A DNA stretch of 20,000 nt, from positions 55,287-75,286 of IMG/VR virus record IMGVR_UViG_3300010885_030646; one strand, written 5' to 3'. The number at the start of each line of letters is the position of its first letter. Within the stretch, counting starts at the first letter, position 1. Shown in pieces: positions 14,315 to 20,000 of this stretch. A program made the translations under genes and the position numbers. The notes beneath the pieces are model-generated. The model saw only the letters and a list, made by a program, of their open reading frames with translations. It did no database searches and was not told where the DNA came from. This DNA is from an uncultured virus (IMG/VR IMGVR_UViG_3300010885_030646) (lineage: Duplodnaviria; Heunggongvirae; Uroviricota; Caudoviricetes).

Positions 14315-16684
14315 ATGGCAACTATGTACACCCCTGAAGAAAAAGCAGAAATCGAAGCGCGAGCGGCAGATGAAATAAAACGTCTTGGCGCTGTCAGCAA
14401 TGAAACTAAAATGGCCATGATGGACATGTCTGTTGGTATCAAAGGGTTCACTGCTAGTCTAACCAAAGGATTCGGGCAACTGGGGTCTTCTGCGTTAGGT
14501 TTGACCAAGCAACTGGCCGGTGGCGAAACTGGCTTATCTGTATTCAATGATTCAATTGGTGGCGTAACAAATATGTTAGGCGATCTAGCAGGGTTAATTC
14601 CTTATGTGGGCGGCGCACTTAAAACAATGATCAAAGGCGCAGGCGAGTATACACAGGCAGTAAACAAGCAAGCAGATTTACTGAACAAAAATTATCAAGA
14701 AATGTCCAAACTTGGTGCCACAGCATCCGACGGCGTTCAAGGGGTTTATGACAATCTAAAACGCATGAACTACGGCACCGACGAACTGGACAAGTTTGTG
14801 AGTATTGTTAGAGAAAACTCAACAACGTTGGCGCATTTTAGTGGCACAGTCAGTCAAGGACTTGGAGAAATGGCTGCAGTGTCGCAGTCCTTAAAAACCA
14901 GCGGCATGAGCCGAGAGTTTGAACTCATGGGCATAAGTGTTGATGAAATGAACAAAGGCATTGCTGGTTTTTCAAAGATGCAAGCGTTGACAGGATCACG
15001 ACAAAAACTATCCTCAGAACAGCAGGCCGAGGCAGCTGCCAAATATATTAAAGAAACAGACTTACTGGCAAAAATGACTGGCCAGAGTAGAGAAAAACAA
15101 CAGGCGCTGGAAGAAAGCGCCATGGCAGAAGAACGCTTTGCCGGCTACAAGTCAGAATTGGCAGAACGAGCTAAACTAGGCGATGAAGCGGCGGCAGAAC
15201 AACTGAAGCAGGTTGAAAGATCACAGAAAATGCTGGCAGATGCTTCGCCCGAAACACGCAAAGGGTTCTTAAACATTCTGTCGGGCACAATGGATACTCC
15301 TGAAGCACAGAAGTTATTGTTAACTATGCCAGAGGCAGCAGCAGTAGCAGGTAAAAAGATGTTCGATGCCGGTGAATTGCAGGACGCAATGTTACGGGAT
15401 CTAACAGCTGGCCAAAAGAATGCTCAACAAATGGCACAAATGGGCATCAACGATTCGAGCTATATCAAGTATACCGAGCAAATGAAGTTAAAGGCGCAGT
15501 TTGAATCCGGTACACTGGCAGAACGCGAAGCACAGGCTCTTAAAGAACAAACAATCACAGATCAAAATACCAAAGATATAGTTGATACCAACATTAAAAA
15601 CCGTGCATCACGCGACAGTTTGCAAGATTTACTCAATGCCGGGATTGGTCCAGTTTCTACTGCCATGAAGGGAGCAGCATCTGCTACCGAAAGTGTTATC
15701 ACGGGCTTTGAAAAATTAGCGGCATCTATGGGCGTTCCGACTAAAAAACGCGATGCGGCACCAGCGGCAGGTGGAGCAGGAGGTGGAGCCTCTGCGGCAG
15801 CCCCAGCGGCAGCTAAGCCAGCGGCAGGTGGAGCAGGAGGTGGAGCCTCTGCGGCAGCCCCAGCGGCAGCTAAGCCAGCGGCAGGTGGAGCAGGAGGTGG
15901 AGCAGGAGGTGGAGCCTCTGCGGCAGCCCCAGCGGCAGCTAAGCCAGCGGCAGCTAAGCCAGCGGCGGGTGGTGGAGCAGGAGGTGGAGCAGGAGGAGCC
16001 GGAGGAGCACCAGCAAAACCCAGCCCTCGACCACCAGAAGGATCCGGAGCATCAGAATCTGGCTCTGAAAAAGTTGATTTAACAAAAATATTAAAATTTA
16101 CTGCTAGATCTGGCAGCCAACAAAGTTTTGAAGGACTAACCGACACATTTAAAAATTCTGTTATCTCTGCCGCAACTGAGTATAGTAAATTAACCGGCGG
16201 TGTGTTGCAGATTAACAGTGCTAAACGAGATCCAGCAGACCAGCAAAGAATCTGGGATGAATCAGTAGCAGCCGGCAGAACGGGTGTAACTGCCAGTGGT
16301 ATGCCTATAGGCAAACCAGGCCGTAGTCTACACGAAAAAGGCGAAGCAGTTGATATTCAAAATTACAACGATCCAATAGCTGTGACAGCCATGAACAAAT
16401 ATGGATTGACACAAAAAGTGCCCAAAGATCCTGTGCATTTCCAGGCTGCAGACGGCGGCATAGTTCCTCCGTTGCCAGGGGGAGCAAATGTACTGGCAGG
16501 TGAAGCCGGCCAGTCCGAAGCAGTGGTTCCATTGCCGGATGGCAAGACAATACCTGTGCAAATGGTGGGCAATGAAGAACAAATGAGCATGATGTCTGCA
16601 CAGCTGGATAGACTAGACCAAATGGTACGCATAATGCAAACTCAAGTGGGTGTGTCAGAGCAATTATTGAAGTATGCACAGTGA
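14315..16684 (+). CDS. Tape-measure/hub-like virion protein with a C-terminal M15-type Zn peptidase (peptidoglycan hydrolase)
   Basis: Long helical Ala/Gly/Met/Gln-rich body; C-terminal INSAKR...Q..IW...PGRSLHEKGEAVDI...DPVHFQ (SxHxxGxAxD...H); then GGIV...AGEAGQSEAVVPL, a motif common at tape-measure C-termini. Confidence 0.7.
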   Translation: MATMYTPEEKAEIEARAADEIKRLGAVSNETKMAMMDMSVGIKGFTASLTKGFGQLGSSALGLTKQLAGGETGLSVFNDSIGGVTNMLGDLAGLIPYVGGALKTMIKGAGEYTQAVNKQADLLNKNYQEMSKLGATASDGVQGVYDNLKRMNYGTDELDKFVSIVRENSTTLAHFSGTVSQGLGEMAAVSQSLKTSGMSREFELMGISVDEMNKGIAGFSKMQALTGSRQKLSSEQQAEAAAKYIKETDLLAKMTGQSREKQQALEESAMAEERFAGYKSELAERAKLGDEAAAEQLKQVERSQKMLADASPETRKGFLNILSGTMDTPEAQKLLLTMPEAAAVAGKKMFDAGELQDAMLRDLTAGQKNAQQMAQMGINDSSYIKYTEQMKLKAQFESGTLAEREAQALKEQTITDQNTKDIVDTNIKNRASRDSLQDLLNAGIGPVSTAMKGAASATESVITGFEKLAASMGVPTKKRDAAPAAGGAGGGASAAAPAAAKPAAGGAGGGASAAAPAAAKPAAGGAGGGAGGGASAAAPAAAKPAAAKPAAGGGAGGGAGGAGGAPAKPSPRPPEGSGASESGSEKVDLTKILKFTARSGSQQSFEGLTDTFKNSVISAATEYSKLTGGVLQINSAKRDPADQQRIWDESVAAGRTGVTASGMPIGKPGRSLHEKGEAVDIQNYNDPIAVTAMNKYGLTQKVPKDPVHFQAADGGIVPPLPGGANVLAGEAGQSEAVVPLPDGKTIPVQMVGNEEQMSMMSAQLDRLDQMVRIMQTQVGVSEQLLKYAQ
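15761..16010 (+). repeat. In-frame 57-bp tandem repeat (PAAGGAGGGASAAAPAAAK) x3 with 12- and 15-bp sub-duplications
   Basis: Identical units at 15761-15817 and 15818-15874; third unit 15875-15943 has an extra 12 bp; then ccagcggcagctaag again and a degenerate tail. Confidence 0.95.
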
Positions 16685-16690
16685 TCACGG

Positions 16691-16696
16691 TAAATA
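16691..16696 (+). promoter_or_regulatory. Putative late promoter TAAATA for the portal gene
   Basis: ggTAAATAttac in the short intergenic gap; AAGGA SD follows. Confidence 0.55.
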
Positions 16697-16722
16697 TTAC
16701 AGTATGCAAAAGGAAAATGTAA

Positions 16723-18531
16723 ATGGCTGAAACAGAAAATGGTCGTAAGCGCGGTTGGCTCAAGTATTTCAAAGTGGCCGCAGGTGACGCCAACGGCCAA
16801 CTGAGTCCTATTTCTGGGCGTTATCAAGCAGGCATACCCGGCTACGATCGCCAAACCGGCTACACTGGCAACACCGGAACCGGAAATGATTTTGCATTTC
16901 GTAACTATGCCAGCAGACTGCCTGAAGTGTACTCGGGCCATCCCAATCGTGTTGAACGTTACAATCAGTATGAAAACATGGATCTTGATTCGGAAATCAA
17001 TGCATGTCTAGATATCATTGCAGAGTTCAGCACACAGAACAACGAAGATAACAACACACCGTTTGATATCACATTCAAAGACACTCCCACTGATCACGAA
17101 GTGGAAATTATTAAAAAACAACTGCAACAGTGGACCAAACTGAACAAGCTGGACCAGCGCATGTTCAAACTGTTCCGCAACACCATCAAGTACGGTGACC
17201 AGGTGTTTGTGCGTGATCCAGAAACATTTGAAATGTACTGGGTTGACATGGTCAAGGTCAGCAGAGTCATTGTGAATGAATCAGAAGGCAAGCGTCCTGA
17301 ACAGTACATCATCCGTGACATCAATCCCAACTTTCAAAACCTAAGCATTGCACAAAAGACCACCAGCGACTACTATGTGAGTAGATCAACAGGTAGTACA
17401 GGACAAACAAACTATTCCAACAGCAACGGCGGCGCCGGAGGTGGCGGAGGTGGCACAGTGGGCAACAGCAGATTTGCACAGGCCATGAACGAAACTTGTA
17501 TTGATGCCAAGCACGTGGTGCACATGAGTTTGAATGAAGGATTGGATTACTTTTGGCCATTTGGACAAAGTATCTTGGAGAACATCTTTAAAGTTTACAA
17601 GCAAAAAGAACTGCTGGAAGACTCTGTGCTGATCTATCGTGTGAGTCGTGCTCCAGAGCGTAGAGTGTTTAAAATTGATGTGGGTAATATGCCCAGCCAC
17701 ATGGCCATGGCCTTTGTGGAACGTGTTAAAAACGAAATGCACCAGCGCAGAATTCCCACAGTGAATGGTGGCGGACAAAATCTAATGGATGCCAGTTACA
17801 ATCCACTCAGCATCAACGAAGATTACTTTTTCCCACAAACAGCCGACGGACGTGGTTCCAGTGTAGACACCCTACCAGGCGGCACAGGACTGGGCGAAAT
17901 TGATGATTTGAAGTATTTCAACAACAAAATGGCCCGTGGTCTGCGTGTGCCTAGTAGTTACTTGCCCACTGGTCCTGACGACTCAGACCGTGCAATGAAC
18001 GACGGAAAAGTAGGCACAGCACTGATACAAGAGTACAGATTCAATCAATATTGTGAACGTTTACAGCGTTTAATAATGCAGAAACTGGATGACGAATTCA
18101 AGATGTTCATGAAATGGCGTGGTTTTAACATTGACAACAGCATTTTTGATATTGTACTAGGCCCACCACAGAACTTTGCCAGTTACCGTCAAGCAGAAAT
18201 GGACACCAGCAGAGTTGGTACATTCAGTACACTGGAGCAGTTGCCCTATATGAGCAAACGTTTCTTAATGGAACGTTACCTAGGGCTGAGTCAAGAAGAG
18301 ATTGTGGAGAACGAAAAACTCTGGCGTGAAGAACGCGATCAGCCTGAGTTAAGCACCACACAAGGACAAGATCTGCGTAGTATTGGTATTACTCCAGCAG
18401 GTATGGAAGCAGATATCAACACCGGTGAAGAACTGGCAGCTATGCCGCCTGCAGGTAGTCCTGATGTTCCTGGTGCCCCAGCTGGTCCTGGAACAGCACC
18501 CACAGCCGCTCCTCCGCCAGCGGCAGCATAA
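16723..18531 (+). CDS. gp20: Portal (vertex) protein, T4 gp20-like
   Basis: LLEDSVLIYRVSRAPERRVFKIDVGNMP, EDYFFP...GRGSSVDTLPGG..LGEIDDLKYF..K..RGLRVPSS and E.RF..YC.RLQ are gp20 family signatures. Confidence 0.96.
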   Translation: MAETENGRKRGWLKYFKVAAGDANGQLSPISGRYQAGIPGYDRQTGYTGNTGTGNDFAFRNYASRLPEVYSGHPNRVERYNQYENMDLDSEINACLDIIAEFSTQNNEDNNTPFDITFKDTPTDHEVEIIKKQLQQWTKLNKLDQRMFKLFRNTIKYGDQVFVRDPETFEMYWVDMVKVSRVIVNESEGKRPEQYIIRDINPNFQNLSIAQKTTSDYYVSRSTGSTGQTNYSNSNGGAGGGGGGTVGNSRFAQAMNETCIDAKHVVHMSLNEGLDYFWPFGQSILENIFKVYKQKELLEDSVLIYRVSRAPERRVFKIDVGNMPSHMAMAFVERVKNEMHQRRIPTVNGGGQNLMDASYNPLSINEDYFFPQTADGRGSSVDTLPGGTGLGEIDDLKYFNNKMARGLRVPSSYLPTGPDDSDRAMNDGKVGTALIQEYRFNQYCERLQRLIMQKLDDEFKMFMKWRGFNIDNSIFDIVLGPPQNFASYRQAEMDTSRVGTFSTLEQLPYMSKRFLMERYLGLSQEEIVENEKLWREERDQPELSTTQGQDLRSIGITPAGMEADINTGEELAAMPPAGSPDVPGAPAGPGTAPTAAPPPAAA

Positions 18532-18534
18532 ATA
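18529..18534 (+). promoter_or_regulatory. Putative late promoter TAAATA overlapping the portal stop codon, 5 nt before the next ATG
   Basis: caTAAATActtgtATG. Confidence 0.55.
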
Positions 18535-18539
18535 CTTGT

Positions 18540-18761
18540 ATGATTTTAAACGAACTTTACCAGCGTGAACCCGAAGGCTATCAAGATGTCGCACAGGACA
18601 ACAGCCAGCCTCAAAAGAATCAACTGCGTAAAACTCGTTTGACACTACGACAGTTGAGCAAGCTACGTCAGATGAACGATGTACGAACTTACGAATACAA
18701 AGAGAAACTCAAAGATATTCGCAAACAGTATGCTCCCCCGGCCGCCCCTCCTGGCCTTTGA
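18540..18761 (+). CDS. Small basic head-region protein (position of T4 gp67/68 prohead core genes)
   Basis: 73 aa, RKTRLTLRQLSKLRQM; lies between portal and protease; function inferred from synteny only. Confidence 0.55.
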   Translation: MILNELYQREPEGYQDVAQDNSQPQKNQLRKTRLTLRQLSKLRQMNDVRTYEYKEKLKDIRKQYAPPAAPPGL

Positions 18762-18800
18762 CCATGTCATAAATTAGTCAAAACTACCAGTTTTGACGTC

Positions 18801-18806
18801 TAAATA
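18801..18806 (+). promoter_or_regulatory. Putative late promoter TAAATA
   Basis: tcTAAATAtg in the intergenic gap upstream of the ORF at 18870, which has SD GGAGG. Confidence 0.45.
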
Positions 18807-18869
18807 TGCTCAGTTTACTGCTTTTGTGTAAGTAGTAAACATGAGCCATAACCTTTTGGAGGAAACAAT

Positions 18870-19637
18870 ATGACATCAAAATTTGAACAGTTAATTGAAT
18901 TTGTAATTAACGATGAAGAAGCAAAAGCTAAAGAACTTTTTCATGATATCGTTGTTGAGAAATCACGCGAAATCTACGAAAGTCTAATGGAAGAAGAAGA
19001 AGGCGAAGAACTAGCCACTGAAGAAGTTGATGAAGGTATGGAAAACGACGGCGACGCTGCCGACGATTTGATCACCGACGTGGAAACTGAAGAAGAAGGC
19101 ATGAACGAAGAAGACGACATGGATGCTGAGTTTGATGACGAAGCAGAAGAAGCCGGTGATGATCTAACAAAAGACATGGAAGGTGACCGTGACGCAGGAG
19201 AAGGCGATATTGAAGATCGCGTTGTTGACCTAGAAGACAAACTAGACGAACTAATGGCTGAATTTGAAGCCATGATGGGCGGCGAAGGCGGCGAAGAAGA
19301 ACAAGAATTTGACATGGATGCTGGCGGCGACGCAATTGAAATGGATGATACATCCGAAATTATGCCAGAAATGGGCATGATGGAAGCTGTAAGTTTATCC
19401 AAAGTAGCTCCTGCTAAAATGGGCGACGACGGTGCCAACACCAAAAGTGTAGTGCCACAGAACTCAGGCGCAAAAGGTATGCAAGGCTCTCCAGTTCGAA
19501 TGACTGGTGACACTGCACAAGGCCGTCCTGCTCCGTCTGTGAAAGACATGGGCATGACAACAAGTCCTAAGCAAGGTGCCGCACCCAAGCCAGTGACCAC
19601 ACAGGCCGCAGGCGTAAACACTAAATCTCCAGTATAA
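18870..19637 (+). CDS. Highly acidic prohead core / scaffold-like protein
   Basis: Very Glu/Asp-rich, coiled-coil segment IEDRVVDLEDKLDELMAEFE, strong GGAGG SD, directly upstream of the prohead protease. Confidence 0.6.
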   Translation: MTSKFEQLIEFVINDEEAKAKELFHDIVVEKSREIYESLMEEEEGEELATEEVDEGMENDGDAADDLITDVETEEEGMNEEDDMDAEFDDEAEEAGDDLTKDMEGDRDAGEGDIEDRVVDLEDKLDELMAEFEAMMGGEGGEEEQEFDMDAGGDAIEMDDTSEIMPEMGMMEAVSLSKVAPAKMGDDGANTKSVVPQNSGAKGMQGSPVRMTGDTAQGRPAPSVKDMGMTTSPKQGAAPKPVTTQAAGVNTKSPV

Positions 19638-19643
19638 GCGATT

Positions 19644-20000
19644 ATGGCTCGTTACTTACAAGAACACTTGACATTCTCACAAGCGCAGGTAAAACTGCTG
19701 AGTGAGGATGCTCCTGACGGTTCTGGTAAAACGCTTTACATGGAAGGCATCTGCATTGAAGGTGATAAACGCAATGCCAATGACAGAATATACCCTGCTC
19801 ACGAAATTCGCAAAGCAGTTGGCACTATCAATGAACAACTGCTTAGTGGCAATTCGGTATTGGGAGAAGTAGATCACCCAGATGATCTTAAAATTAACTT
19901 AGACCGTGTGAGTCACATGATTGATAAAATGTGGTGCGACGGTGCAATTGGTTATGGAAAATTGAAGATATTACCAACGCCAATGGGTCAACTGGTTAAA
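19644..20000 (+). CDS. gp21: Prohead protease, T4 gp21-like (partial, runs off the right edge)
   Basis: Not in the ORF track; translated by hand: MARYLQEHLTF...LYMEGICIEGDKRNANDRIYP...VLGEVDHPDDLKINLDRVSHMI...GKLKILPTPMGQLVK; N.N.R.Y and GE.DHP are gp21 motifs. Confidence 0.92.
   Translation, partial: MARYLQEHLTFSQAQVKLLSEDAPDGSGKTLYMEGICIEGDKRNANDRIYPAHEIRKAVGTINEQLLSGNSVLGEVDHPDDLKINLDRVSHMIDKMWCDGAIGYGKLKILPTPMGQLVK

Noticed and set aside
15761..16010. Possible CRISPR array
   Set aside because: Units are directly adjacent with no unique spacers, lengths are multiples of 3, and they lie inside a CDS.
15562..16314. 250-aa minus-strand ORF and 109-aa alternate-frame ORF over the repeat
   Set aside because: By-products of a GC-rich in-frame repeat that lacks stop codons.
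18974..19621. 215-aa minus-strand ORF
   Set aside because: Antisense of the Glu/Asp-rich gene (GAA/GAT codons read as Ser/Phe/Ile on the other strand).
1..20000. Stop-codon reassignment (alternative genetic code)
   Set aside because: Core genes are full length in the standard code, and TAA, TGA and TAG all appear as apparent stops.

Overview
Fragment of a large T4-like (myovirus/jumbo-type) tailed phage genome. Left, minus strand: baseplate and tail genes (partial hub-like gene, gp53-like wedge, gp48/CIS-tube-like protein with an acidic internal duplication). Next, a plus-strand block gp55 late sigma - gp47 - gp46 with two inserted accessory genes (a sulfotransferase-like unknown and a SPASM/radical SAM enzyme), ending in a small standalone GIY-YIG nuclease. 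A ~390-nt ORF-free, densely hairpinned region follows the nuclease; this GIY-YIG plus candidate ncRNA pair is the top lead. A convergent minus-strand block holds a gp26-like chaperone with a -1 slippery site into the next small ORF, then DUF1415-like, ATE/Bpt-like and DUF6614-like genes and a paralog of the sulfotransferase-like gene. Right, plus strand: tape-measure-like protein with a C-terminal M15 peptidase, portal gp20, two head-assembly proteins and the start of prohead protease gp21. All calls come from motif recognition by eye; no searches or folding programs were run.
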